A stretch of 59,251 nucleotides of DNA, counting the filler, from Sphacelaria rigidula (taxonomy: Eukaryota): the NCBI GenBank assembly GCA_964200075.2. It is 8 parts of 8 records of this genome, joined end to end, with 100 filler letters (N's around TTAATTAATTAA, not from the genome) between each part and the next. Parts side by side here need not be neighbours in the genome. Positions count along the whole stretch, not along the records: positions 44,516 to 51,833 come from CAXNAA020015469.1; positions 51,934 to 59,251 come from CAXNAA020015470.1; 6 more parts are not named here. One strand, 5' to 3'. Positions 47,508-59,251 of the stretch are shown here, one piece after another. The translations under genes were made by a program, and so were the position numbers. Below the pieces are notes generated by a model, which saw only the letters and a program-made list of their open reading frames with translations, was not told where the DNA came from and made no database searches. Each line of letters begins with the position of its first letter. Within the stretch, counting starts at the first letter, position 1.

Positions 47508-50500
47508 CCACTCCCATGATGAAGCTCTTGAGATTCAAACGTTGTCCGCGTAGGGTGAGGGAACCGTTCTCGTGCCGGAGAAGACTCGTACCGCCACGAT
47601 GGGAGCGGGTAGCTAGTTCAAAAATGACTTTGACCAACGGCGTCGCCATGGTGGTCGCTTCCTCTATATTTAGACCGTGTTCGAAGCGGTGGTCAACCGT
47701 ACTGATGCTATGTGATCGACTACGGAAACGTATACAACTGTTACGTACGTTCTCCCTTTTCCGGATGAATTCATGTACGCCTCCGTAAGTGGCACTTTTC
47801 GTACGGGAGTCCGGATACCTTTTGTTTGTGGGGCTCGAGAATTCTAAATTGTGTACTGCACTGTTGCACGATAATAAAATGGCCCTACAACGAGGACATG
47901 TAATGCGTGAGACCCCTTTAGCTATGTTTTTGCGGTGAACAAGCTTTTGATGTAACTGTCGGAAAAAAAAAAGCGTATTCGAGCTAATCCCCGGATAGCA
48001 AGAGGGCAGCACTCTACTCGTACCAAGCTTTGCATCCACCCAACGTCGGAGTTAGAGCTGAAATCTTACCCATATTTTGGTACTCATTGTACGAAGAATC
48101 GTGCTGCGTGATCCCAATGAACTGGTGAGTCCCATCTCTGGGGTAACATTTAGAGGGGGTGTGGTACAATACGCAGGGGTGAACCACAACATATTGTACG
48201 GTACGGCTATTCGGCATGTGATTCTATTCGCAAAGCAAGTGAAATGGGAGGTGAGGGGCGAGGATATCCGGAGAAACGCGGAAAGGTTGAATTTTTTTTT
48301 TGCGTTCTCGAGGATTGCCTGTCGGCCAACCGCTCTCGAGAGGATGGGCAATCAATCTTTCCCGTTGGACTTTCGTGTAAGACATATCCTTCATGACCGG
48401 TTGGCCGTTCCTTGGCTGGTCGGGGGGTGGGGGGGTGGGTAGTGTGAAGGCACTTGACCCTGTCATGTCGATTGCGCCAGGGATGTCGCCATTCCGGCAT
48501 TTTCATGTTTTTTCATCGGCTCTCGGTTCCTTGTTGTTTGTCGTACCCAAAGCGCAAGCCCAATCAAGTGTGATTTGCAATGAGCAGTGAACAATAGTGA
48601 TCCGTGACCACCATGCGCGCTGTATAAACTTCCTCATTTCTTTTCCGCATGCTTTTTTCTGTTGTTGTTGATATATTTTTGTTGTTCACGTTATGCTATG
48701 CTTTGCTTACTTTGCTTACTTTTGTTGATCTGATTTGCAACTGTCATTGACGACCAGAGACGAAAGGAGGCCGTCGGTGAAAGGAAGGGTCGAAGCCGTT
48801 CAGCCGCATGTGATGAACGTGCGATGATGCCCGTGGGCAATTGGTGCTCCAAAATGGAAAGCTCGTTCGGTCGGCGAGCGCGCTCTATTCGTGGTGTGGT
48901 GTATCGTGTCAAATGTGTCCGAGCGTGTTGGGGGTGGGGGATGGGGGGAGGGAGGCGTTAGAGAGGGACCTATGGTGGTTTCTTTGGCTTGCTGCTCTTT
49001 GCCATGCTTTAATGCTCTAGTTCTCGTGTCACAGTGTGACAGGGTTCAGCTATGGCTATGGCGGTGGAAACGAAAGACCAAAGTTTGACCGCGGTTTTTG
49101 TTCCGTGCCCCGCGTTGACTGATGGGTTTCTCTTGGGATGAATTTGATACCCGACAGTCTTGACGAAAAGTCGGTGTGCGATTCGCCGCGCGCGCCCCCA
49201 ACTATGCTTCGCATTCGACGGTGTCTGGTTTGTGGGTTGTACACGTAGCATATATAGTCGGGCGTACGACTAGTACTGCATATAATAGTATCATGCTATA
49301 TTGGGTGACAGTTTGTGCTCGATGGGGGAAGTTGCACGGGGGATGAGCAGGGGAAGGAAGGGGGGTATTTGCGTGCGGTATCGGTGTAGGTGTAATCTAC
49401 CAGGGGTAGATCGTGGTCTGTGGTGGTGTTTGGTGGGCTTTATGATAAGCTCTCAGGGCGCTCGTGTGCATATACATTGGTGTTGGTGGGTTCATTGCTG
49501 GGCGTTCGCATGAATCGCTATAAAGATGCTTTTCCTCTGTAATGCTACTGATTTATAGACGACCAAACGAAGACAATCACCATATGTTTGACGTACGTGA
49601 GGCTTGCGTTTTGCTGCCCGGCTTGCGTTTCTACACGACTTGAGGCTACATGAGCTCTTGAGATCTCAAATGTGCCCGCCTAGGTAATCCCGACATCAAA
49701 CTCGTCGTGCGCATCACACATCTCGACAAAGAACACCGAGCTTCCACCGTTTTCAGCAAGAGCCCGGAAGATTGATTTCATTATTTTTCCTAGCAGACGA
49801 AATTTGATTCCTAACAACACACACGCAAACGGAAAACCACATTGTGTTCGAGCAGCTCAATTCACGTTTGTCAATTGAGTTTTCCTACTCGTCTAATGAA
49901 AACAAATGTCCTTCGTGACCAATCGTTGTTGGCTGCCGATGTTGCGCACAAGCCTCTACTCGATCGTCCGTACCCCGCTGTGTGCCACCAACTCTGCGTC
50001 TCTTCATTTTCGGCAAATGGACAAAAGGTCCAATCGCGCCGCGTGACGGCTTGATGTGTTTCCGCCAAAGGATGCGAAAATTGCGGCACATAGGCGTGGG
50101 TTCTATAGCTTTGCTTATAGTGGTCGCTTGGTCCACGGAACGTTTCTCTTGTATAGCCCCTACGAGGGGTAGCTTGTACGTATGAGACCCGTAGGCTCTG
50201 CGCACATGGGTTAGCCATGGCTATCGGCCGTAGCATCGGCAGGTTTTTGCCACAGCAACTTGGTCGGTGCACGGATTTAGTGCCTCTGTAGGTACTAACG
50301 TAAGACGTTGAAGTTGGAACAAAACGCGGTGTCGTTTTTCTCCACACCTGAGGGAGGCCGAGGGGGCTACCAATATAACTTCATTTTAGAATCTGTGCAT
50401 GACACTTTTTACGTACCCCCACCTCGCCCCGAAATCAGCCCAAAAGAGTTACGAAAAAAATGGCCATACAGCCTGATGTTTGAGTTCAGGCTGCATGAAG

Positions 50501-52776
50501 CGCCTCATATTGGCGACATTGGCCAAAACGAACACAAACGTGGAAATTTCCAGCTGCTATTTGTGTTCGGCTTATCTCAGTTCGATTTACGGGAAGATTT
50601 TGCCTCCCAAAACCATGCACTTTTTTGGAGGGGGCTTTCGTCAAAAGTGTCACACATCTATCTCACACATGAGGCAGTCTAACTGCGTACAGACAGTCAC
50701 AATGAGTTGCATGGGCTTTACAAAAGGGAACAACAGCATGCGCGATATGAGGGAACATCTGAGTTGCTGCTCCGGGCATGGGTGGCATCTCCGGAAGCAC
50801 ACGACAACACGGCCATTTAAGCATCACACATGTTCGTCACGATTCTTGTTCTAGAGTAGTTTTGCGTGGTCAACAGAGCCGTGCCTTTCCCGCATGAGTG
50901 ACATTATTTGATCATTGATTGATTTTCTCACATAAGCTGATTGCAACGATCCAGCCCGTGGTCAGGAGCAGCAAAATATAAATATAGGAACAAGAAAAAA
51001 ATAAAAATAAAAAACAGAAAAAGACAGAAGCAAGAGCCACAAAAAAGAAAAAAGAAAGGGAGCAGCGACAACAACAAAAAAAAACACGAACACAAACAAA
51101 AACAACATAGTGCAGTGGATCCTAGAAAATGGGATTCATCTCAAAAATGAGGTTCAAGTGACATTTCTCTTTCGCAGGGATGACGTGAAACACTTACGAC
51201 CGAGCGAAGCCATCTTCCCCCCCAAATGTTCGCAGCAGCAGTTGAGCAGCTGTGGCTAGGTGCATCCAACGAATGCGGTGTACACGCGTGTCGATGACGA
51301 TATCACCAGAGAGAGAAGCAACGACAGAGAGGAAGCTCCTCGCCCGTGTCCTTTGTGTATCCTCGCTCGGCGATTTCCAATCGCTCGAGAGACTGGCATC
51401 ATCGATGTTATTACACCAGCATGTACCCAATTTTCCATGTTGTGCCAGACTACCGAGCGCTGCGGAGAGATGTCGTCTCATCTTGCCTGTCGAGCTTGCC
51501 AATGAGAAGATCGATTTCTCTCTGCCTCTCTATTTGGACAGGACGTGCCTCTGTGCGCTGAAGAACACGTCGTTGGAAAACAGGGCAATGTTCTTGTCAC
51601 CGCTACTTCTGTTCTCTGTCACACACGTGCCAGCAAGGGCGGTGGTGCGGCGAAAACAAGAGATATATCCAATTTGAACTTGGGGGGGTGTTATTCATCG
51701 TTGATTTTACCCGACACGTATGCGAGCGTCCCTCTGGGTGCCCGACTAGAAGAGCGTGCGAGACGCCAGTTGGGGGGGGGGTGTAGGAGACATCAAACAC
51801 TTGTGGAGACCTTCTTGACATGCGGGGGGGGGGNNNNNNNNNNNNNNNNNNNNNNNNNNNNNNNNNNNNNNNNNNNNTTAATTAATTAANNNNNNNNNNN
51901 NNNNNNNNNNNNNNNNNNNNNNNNNNNNNNNNNCCCCTATCTCGCGGCGCCGGAGAGCCCGGGGCCGGACCGCACAGCCGTGTACAGAGATCCTTGGCAT
52001 GGAGACCGCTAAGATGACGGACATACCACCTTTCCAAGTTCATCACCTACAATGATCACATTCATGGGGATTATGTTCCGTGTCGAGTCCCTAGACCATC
52101 TACCACTAGCCCGGCAAATTTCGCGAGGCGTGAGATCATGTTGCTAATTTGGCCACGGGCTGTCGCTACCGTGCGCTCGCGTATCGTAGATAGATGTGTG
52201 TGAGCGTTGCCGGCATTCGAGGTCATCGTGACAGGGCGGGCAATAAGAAGCAGAAGCAAATGTAAGAACATCGCAAAGCCCGCCCAACGTTGCGGCTTTC
52301 GTCAGTGTTTGTTGGTCAATTTCCTCCAACAATATCAACGCCAACGACAATCATGATAACTTTCGAAAAATTGTCCCCCGGGAGGGGGGGGGGCTCCGTG
52401 TCCGAAAACTTCCTTTCGACAGACCCTTGGTGGTGTACCGTAAATATACAGTATATATATAGGTTGTTTATCTGAAAGTAGTACAAAGCACAACAGCAGG
52501 CAGGGTGGAACCCCAGGGAGGTGCCGGGATATACAAGGGGTCCCATCAAAACAGCACAGGAACCATATCCCCCCGCTCATCTCATCCACCCCAGTGCGAC
52601 CACGAGAGGAATCGCCATAAAAAAAATGAGGGTTTCCGTTTCCCCGACTACTGTATACTGAAATCCAATTGCTTCGGGGGCTACGGCTCGTGGGGTTTAG
52701 TTGGCGGGGCCCCTTAGGATATATATGTATATATATATATGGTAATCTCTTGTTGCGACCGGCATTCCGTGCAACG

Positions 52777-55700
52777 TGTTCATGTGAACGGGTACACTGA
52801 CTGAACATGCATATGTGCGGATAGATTTATGCTGACGCATGGGTACTGGTAGTCAAGTGTGTGTGACTACAGTACCATGCTCAGGCCGGCTACGACACTG
52901 CTGTCTGAGTTCACTCCACATCTGATCCCTCTGTCATAGGATCGACTCCGTCAAGGCTCTCTCCAAAAATACAAAAGATGAAACTATCCATCCTTCGCCA
53001 CGGGCCGCGCAATACGCAAGTGTCACAACCGGTTGGGCAGAATGGCAGATCAAAGTAGACGGCCTGCTACAGTAGTCGGCGAGCAGGGTGTTTTTGAGCA
53101 ATTGGGGGAGGTGAATAGCCAGCTGAGTTCCATGGCTCAGCTACTACGTGATTTGCAGTTAAACCAAGCTGCTTTACAGAGTAACATCAATGCCATGAGG
53201 GCAGTAAGAGAGGCCAGTGGCGCAGAAATCAATGGCGCCCTCGATAGTGATGGTTCCCATAGTCAACAGGGGGAATCCAACACAAACAGAACAGTGGATC
53301 GACATGATTCCGCAAGGCCACAAGTGACAGAGCTAGGGGCTTTGTCGCCCGCAATCGAATACTCCCTCGTCGCCCGCACGGTCACCCTCTTCCACGGGTC
53401 CCTCGCAAGACGGCGGGGGGGGCGGCGACGCTCCTCAACTCCCGAGGACCGAGCAACGCCGTCTTGCGTGGGCCGACGAGTTACCAACACCAAGGGCGGG
53501 GCGTACGAGGAGCCAAACGCGCGAGGCCATGGGGTCGGCACACATACGAGGTGAACCGCTGGTGGCTAGCGGAGCGGAGGAGAGCAGAAAGGAAGCGGAG
53601 ATGGCGCTGGCGGGAATGGCCGACGACAAATGCCCAACCGTGGAGGTGATCACCGCGGCAGCAGGTTAAGTGGCAGGACAAGACGCAATCGCCTCGATCC
53701 AAAACGAGTCAGCCGAAAACGATTTTTTTTTTTTTGTTGCTGAGGAAAACAGAGTAGGGAAACCTGAATTCGGTTTGCGTTCACCGGTTGGCCTACATGT
53801 AAGCGAAATAGAGGCAGCACCCACCAGTATGGATGACATAGCAAAATCAGAGTTTCGAGAGGTATGGCTATGCGCGATGCAGGCCGAACTAGGAGGTCAT
53901 GAAAAGGCTGGAACATGTTCGACTGGCCCTTTACCGGAAGGAGTAAACGTGATTTGAGCGAAGTGAGATTTATCAACAACTGACGCAGATGGTACTATAA
54001 CGAAGGCAAAGGCAAGGTTGGTAGCACGAGGATTCGGACAACGGTTTGCAGTCGACTATTTCGAGACTTTCGCGGCAACGCCCTCCATGGCCTCCATCAA
54101 ACTGGTCATGGCAGTGGCAGTTCAGGAAGAGTGGCTGCTGTATCATTTCGACGTGACGCAGGCCTTCGTTCAAGTAGAGACGGACACTGACGTGTACATG
54201 AGGTTGCCTGAAGGTTGCTCCGTTTTGACAGACATGACCGTGAAGCTGGAAAAATCTATTTACGGGATCAAGCAAGCGAGCAGGCAATGGTCTTGTCTTC
54301 TGTGCCAAATTTTACTGGAGGATGTCGGGATGGTGCGGTGTGAGGCTGACCCTTGTGTTTTCAGGATGGAGGATGCAGGATACGTGTATGTGATTTTAGT
54401 TGTCCATGTGGACGACATTCGTATCAGTGGTTCTGAGGAAAACGTGGGAAAGGTGGGCAAAATCCTGAACAAAAAGTTCCCAACGAATAATCTCGGAGAG
54501 GCCACATGGTACATAGGGTGTGCAGTGGATAGAGACTGGGATAGAGGCACGCTGTCTGTGATCCACGTTCACGGACACGCTCCTAAAGCGTTTTGAGGTG
54601 AGGGGGTACTCGGAAATCCTTGCCTCTGTTTTGTAAAGTTGAGGCCGACAACGGGCGAAGACACAGTGGTGAATTGCCCATACCGTAACGCAGGGGGGGG
54701 AGTGATGTGGCTGGCAACAGTCACTAGACCTGACATCGCGAATTCAGTACGAGCGCTCGCTCGCCAATCACATGATCCGTGCGAGAGGCACTGGGAAGCT
54801 GTGGTGAAGGTGCTTAAGTATCTAAATGAGACAAGGGAGTTTGGACTTACGTTCAAGAAAAAACATGGCAGGCTTTCAGTTTACTGCGATGCAGACTACG
54901 CTAAAAAGGAAACGGATAGGCGTTCGGTCTCAGGGGTAGCCGTAATGTACGATGGTATGGTAGTGTCGGCAACGAGCCGCACGCAACACTGTGTGACTTT
55001 GTCAACCATGGAGGCAGAGTATGTCGCAATGGCCGAGGGGGCAAAGGAGGGACTGGTTGTAAAGGCAGTGTCGACGTTTTTGCGACCTCAGACTGTGTCG
55101 GGACGCGGGGAGGGCCACGGTATTGTTTTGTACGAGGACAACGAGGGAGCGAAAGCTCTGGCCGAGAATCCCCTCAGTTCCGAAAGGAGTAAGCAAATCG
55201 ACGTAAGGTACCACTTCATTCGAGAGCTAGTGGGGACGGGAAAGATCAGGGTTGTCCATGTAGGTTCAGGATGGCAGCATGCTGATATTTTGACTAAGCC
55301 TCTCTCGATCAACCTGTTTACGAGACACAGACATTTTTTCATGAACTTGGAAGGTGACAAGTAGGTACGTTTTTGTGTGTACCCTTGTGCTAGCTCCGGG
55401 TATTTTCAGGTGACAGCGATGCATTTATGCGCATTTTGGGTTAAGCCACGCACGCTACTTTAAGGGGCATGGATTTTGTAGGACGTTTCCTGACATGACG
55501 TGCATCTGCCTTGACCGGCGTCCATGGATTATCTAGAGGGAGCACAAGCTGTTGAGGGGAGGGGATTTTTGCTCGGATGGCCGGGTTTCCCCTTACAAGG
55601 TTGTTTTTTTAAAGAGAGATAGCCACGACGACTGATGTACCGGTTCAGAGGGGGTGTTCATGTGGACGGGTACACTGAGTGAACATGCACATGTACGGAT

Positions 55701-55888
55701 AGATTTATGCTGACGCACGGGTACTGGTAGTTAAGTGTGTGTGACTACAGGACCATGTTCAGGCCGACTGCGACACTGCCATCTGAGTTCACTCCATGAT
55801 CCCTCTGTCATAGGATCGACTCCGTCAAGGCACTCTCCAATAATACAAGAGATGAAACTATCTATCTTTCGCCACAGGCCACGGAATA
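52777..55888 (+). mobile_element. Internally deleted Ty1/Copia LTR retrotransposon with two LTRs and 5-bp TSD CAACG
   Basis: LTRs at 52777-about 53030 and 55655-55888 both start TGTTCATGTG; PPT AGAGGGGG precedes the 3' LTR; CAACG at 52772-52776 and 55889-55893. Confidence 0.95.
53800..55364 (+). pseudogene. Copia reverse transcriptase + RNase H, disrupted
   Basis: KARLVARGFGQ, FDVTQAF, LEKSIYGIKQA, VHVDD, TRPDIA, YCDADYA, RRSVSG, STMEAEY, EDNEGA, KQIDVRYHFIRE and ADILTK. Stop near 53955 and frameshifts near 54565-54640. Confidence 0.95.
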
Positions 55889-56450
55889 CAACGCATCCGT
55901 TGTGCATCGAGGCATACTCCTTGTGTATGCGATATACAGCATGGTGGTACAAGTCCCGCATTAGGCTACTCCTACAGTACTGCACGGTGACGTCCTGCCT
56001 GTTCCCCGGGTGCACGGCCGGGGGGCGCGCCGGCGCCTTTCGGGCCGAGCCGTGCTATTGCCGTTCTGCAGTTATAAGTCGGCGTTTTGTTCAACGCACA
56101 TCTTGTACATTGAGGCATGCACCTTGCGTATGCGACATACATCATGGTCGTACAAGTCCCGTATCAGGCTACTCCTGCAGTACTGCACGGTGACATGCTG
56201 CCTGTTCCTTCGGTACACGGCCGGGCGGGGCGCCGGCGCCTTGCGGGCCGACTCGTGCTACTGCCATTCGGTAGCGCAGCTGTAGATTGCGTGCTGCCAA
56301 CATATTATCTTGCCGCATGGACATCCCTCTATAGTGTCTACAACGGGCCTGAACTATATGAGTACTATTGTGACATGTTTCCCTTGATGGCCACACTCGA
56401 CGACAGGCGCGTCGGCGCTTGCGCCAGCCGAGCTACTCTCGCTTGGATAT
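55889..56450 (+). repeat. About 200-bp tandem repeat (two clear units, third degenerate)
   Basis: CATGGT.GTACAAGTCCCG.AT.AGGCTACTCCT.CAGTACTGCACGGTGAC...GCGCCGGCGCCTT at about 55940 and 56142. Confidence 0.9.
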
Positions 56451-56804
56451 TGTCACCTTACAATCAGCACCATCTTCCGCGCCTGAAACGCTAAATATAG
56501 TTCATTATCTTCAACTCGCATCATGATGTACCATCATATTCTAACATAGACCAGTAGTTTGTACACAGTATATTAACTACGACAAAAGGGTAAAGGCGCC
56601 TCGTATTTTGCAAGCTCCGAGCTTAGCAATCGCTACCTTGCGCTAAAGAACATGGCACGGTGATTTCGTCATGGCCCTCTGCCCTGTACGGTACTGTGTA
56701 CTGCACTGTACTAAGCTTGTGGTGAACGTGCCGGTACCACAGCGGTAGACCCATCCACTCAGGAGTAAACACTACGTACCAGTACTACTGTCTTGTAACA
56801 GTAC

Positions 56805-56924
56805 CTGTATGACGGGATCTGCTTCCATCAGGTGTGCCGGCTCTGTCCAAAGAGCAGAAGTCAACAGAGGTGGCGGAGCCCAGTTTAGCGTTTTGGCTGG
56901 TGACAGTAGTACGAACACACGCAT
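56805..56924 (-). CDS. yaaA: First exon of a YaaA/DUF328 (peroxide-stress protein) homolog
   Basis: MRVFVLLSPAKTLNWAPPPLLTSALWTEPAHLMEADPVIQ followed by a CAG|GTAC donor. The N-terminal SPAKTL motif is characteristic of YaaA. Confidence 0.8.
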
Positions 56925-57476
56925 ATTTTTCGCTGAGCTGTACCCTCTCCGCGTCGGCGGCCAACTGTCGAGAGAATCCAAATCTGGGTTGTACGAATGC
57001 GGGACAACAATGATAACCTGCGATGATAATTAAAGTTGCACGAATCGTGTCCCCAGAACTATATTGGTATTGGTTGCACTGGAGGGGTAAGTCTTGAGAG
57101 CGGCTTCGGCTTCGTATACTGTAGAGATTGTAAGATTCAGTTTGCTTTCGTTTTTGTGAGAGTGATGTCGAGGGCAGTGGTGATTGAAACTATAGGCAGC
57201 TGTAGGAATCATTTTTATATTCGATGTCTGGATTTTTTCAAAAATAGTTGTATTTAATAGGATCAGGACGCAAAAACTGCTCCAGGATGGAAGCTGAAAA
57301 TGCCTGGGCAGAAGAGGAAGTGACGTGTGACGTGTAGCGTGTGACGTACGCCTTACGCAGCTTTTTGCAGCTTTTTATTCGCAGCGATTGGCCGCAGGTT
57401 GCCCCGTCGAATGTGTGCAATCAACCCTGTGTTGTTTGCAAAGGTTATTACAAAGTATGTAGTATGGCTATGGCAT

Positions 57477-57879
57477 GTGTGTGTATCTGTATTTGTATGT
57501 ATGTGTGTGTGGTCATCCCATCTGTTGGACGCCAGTCTACACCTTTCGGTATATGTGGGCGCATCAGCCGGGGTCACATAGGAGGAAGGTCAACGCAGGA
57601 GTTTTTTTTTTTATGCCAGTACTCCACCTTCCTTCTCCGGTGCTTGCCTTATTTTTTTATCGCGCGAGAGGGGTTCAGCAGTCAGTCGTTTTCCCTAGTC
57701 GACCGTGAAGTCGAATTTGTGTGTACCCACGACATAACCGTTCTCCACTCTTTGACATTATTATTGTGTGATCGAAAATCCCAGCTCGTGTGACAGCACC
57801 GAGATTCGACCCCCCATGACCCACGATCCAACCGTCAGAAGGTTTTGAGGTGTCCAACTGAGCCCCCGGGGCGACCGGC
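57477..57879 (-). mobile_element. tRNA-derived SINE, full length; a further diverged head lies at about 57974-58046 (+)
   Basis: The reverse strand reads GCCGGTCGCCCCGGGGGCTCAGTTGG...CCTTCTGACGGTTGG...GGTCGAATCTCGG, then the shared body and CA-rich tail. Confidence 0.88.
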
Positions 57880-58084
57880 TACCCTCCGATTCAAAATACA
57901 GAAGTCAGCACAGCACTGCACAGCAGTCACAGACTATGAATTGTTAGTGTACTGTGCCGTGGCGTAGCGGCTTGCCGAGGTGGCTTATTTGGCAACCTCA
58001 AAATAACTAATAACCTTCTGACGGTTGGGACGTGGGTTTGGATATCGTTGACTGATGTGATCTGTTTTTGTTCTAAACATTCCA

Positions 58085-58570
58085 CAGGTCGGGCGGATCA
58101 TTGCTCGTCTTGACGAGTGCACTCGTGGGTGTCTTTCCAAAACACAACGAGCATGACTCGTGTGCTCGAGTCATCACTGTTTTTTTCAGCAACGAGCAAT
58201 CATTCGGGCGCTCGAGTCATTGACTTTTTTTACAACGAGCAATGACTCGAGTGCTCGCCCTATGTATTTTTTCCACAACGAACGACGACTCGAGTGCTCG
58301 CCCAACCATTTTTCCCCCCAGCGAGCAATGACTCGAGCGCTCGCCCTATTCATGCATTTCCACAACGAGCAATGACTCGAGTACTCGCCCTTTTCATTTG
58401 TTACCAAAACGAGCGATGACTCGAGTGCTCGCCCTATGTTTTTTTTCCACAATGATCAATGACTCGAGTGCTCGTGCTCGAGTCATATACTTTTTCACGT
58501 AGTATGACTCGTTTACTCGTTTGCTCGAGTCATTAATTTCTTCATTACGAGCAATGACTCGCTTGCTTGT
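58085..58570. repeat. 43-44-bp minisatellite with palindromic core
   Basis: ACAACGAGCAATGACTCGAGTGCTCGCCC units at 58232, 58275, 58318, 58362, 58406 and 58449, with degenerate flanking units. Confidence 0.93.
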
Positions 58571-58804
58571 GTCTTTTCTGGATAACCCAAGGACCAATAA
58601 TCAATCACTGAAGTAGTGATGGACGAGTGAGGCGCGAGACATGGTGGAAGCCTAGTGAACCAACGGTAGGATTTGGTGATATAGGGACCACTACGAATCG
58701 TACGAACTCCTTTGGATGGTATGTTTGTGGCACTCTTCCCCACCATCGTGTGTTTGCGGCAGGTGTCAATTTGTCTTAATTTTAAGTAAAATGATCCACA
58801 CGTA

Positions 58805-59251
58805 AGACAGCTCATGAGCTACCTCATCTGCGGGCGGTAGCTCAATTGCAGTCACACATATACATGTGAGCCACGTCCGATAGCTGAACACAAGGAAAAC
58901 GTGCCTTCATGAGCTACGAGTTGGCAGCTCACCCAGGGCAAACATCCGTAGCTCATGCAGCTCTCATAGCTCACGCAGGGCGAATATGAGCCGATGAGCT
59001 ACGAGTTGGTGGCTCACCCAGGGCAAACATGCGTAGCTCATGAAGCTCTCATAGCTCACCCGGGACGAATCTGAGCTGATGAGCTACGGGTTGATAGCTC
59101 ACCTATCGCAAACGTGCGTAGCTTATACAGCTCCCATAGCTCACCCGGGACGAATATGAGCTGATGAGCTACTGGTTGGTAGCTCATCCAGGGCAAGCAT
59201 GTGCAGCTCATGCAGCTCTAACAGCTCACCCAGGGAAAACATGGCGGATTG
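58805..59251. repeat. 85-bp tandem repeat rich in AGCT palindromes
   Basis: GAGCTAC.(A/G)GTTG units start at 58911, 58996, 59081 and 59166. Confidence 0.93.

Noticed and set aside
48152-48500. PPT-like AGAGGGGG followed by TG, a possible Copia LTR start
   Set aside because: No second LTR, no TSD and no adjacent pol sequence.
51194-51560. Possible minus-strand coding exon(s)
   Set aside because: Alternative frames are equally plausible and no homology is recognisable.
58085-58570. CRISPR array
   Set aside because: Spacers are only 14-15 nt, T-rich and similar to each other; there are no cas genes and the context is eukaryotic.
59076-59190. Hammerhead ribozyme from CTGATGAG motifs in the 85-bp repeat
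   Set aside because: The stem after CTGATGA is not followed by GAAA, and no helix I/III with an NUH site can be built.

Overview
Eukaryotic, intron-rich and transposon-rich DNA, most consistent with a brown alga (Phaeophyceae); the taxon is inferred, not proven. The window is not one locus. It is eight contigs of 7320, 7320, 7319, 7319, 7319, 7318, 7318 and 7318 bp, sorted by length and joined by identical 100-bp N/TTAATTAATTAA spacers, so adjacency across gaps means nothing. Mobile elements: two degenerate RTE-type LINEs (APE + RT), a degenerate chromodomain-bearing Ty3/Gypsy element, an internally deleted Ty1/Copia element with both LTRs and a 5-bp TSD, a tRNA-derived SINE family, several MITE/foldback families and minisatellites. 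Host genes, reconstructed by hand from splice signals: a complete TMEM42-like gene, the 5' part of an OSCA/TMEM63 (CSC1/ERD4) channel, the first exon of a YaaA/DUF328 homolog, a Cys-rich modular protein built from symmetric phase-1 exons, an EF-hand-like terminal exon and a coiled-coil gene fragment. The best candidates for undescribed biology are (i) conserved, covarying, pseudoknot-like RNA motifs in the RTE 5' leaders, possibly a self-cleaving ribozyme, (ii) two MITE families carrying internal TTAGGG-like tracts, and (iii) the one-exon-one-module Cys-rich gene. No CRISPR or prokaryotic system is supported.
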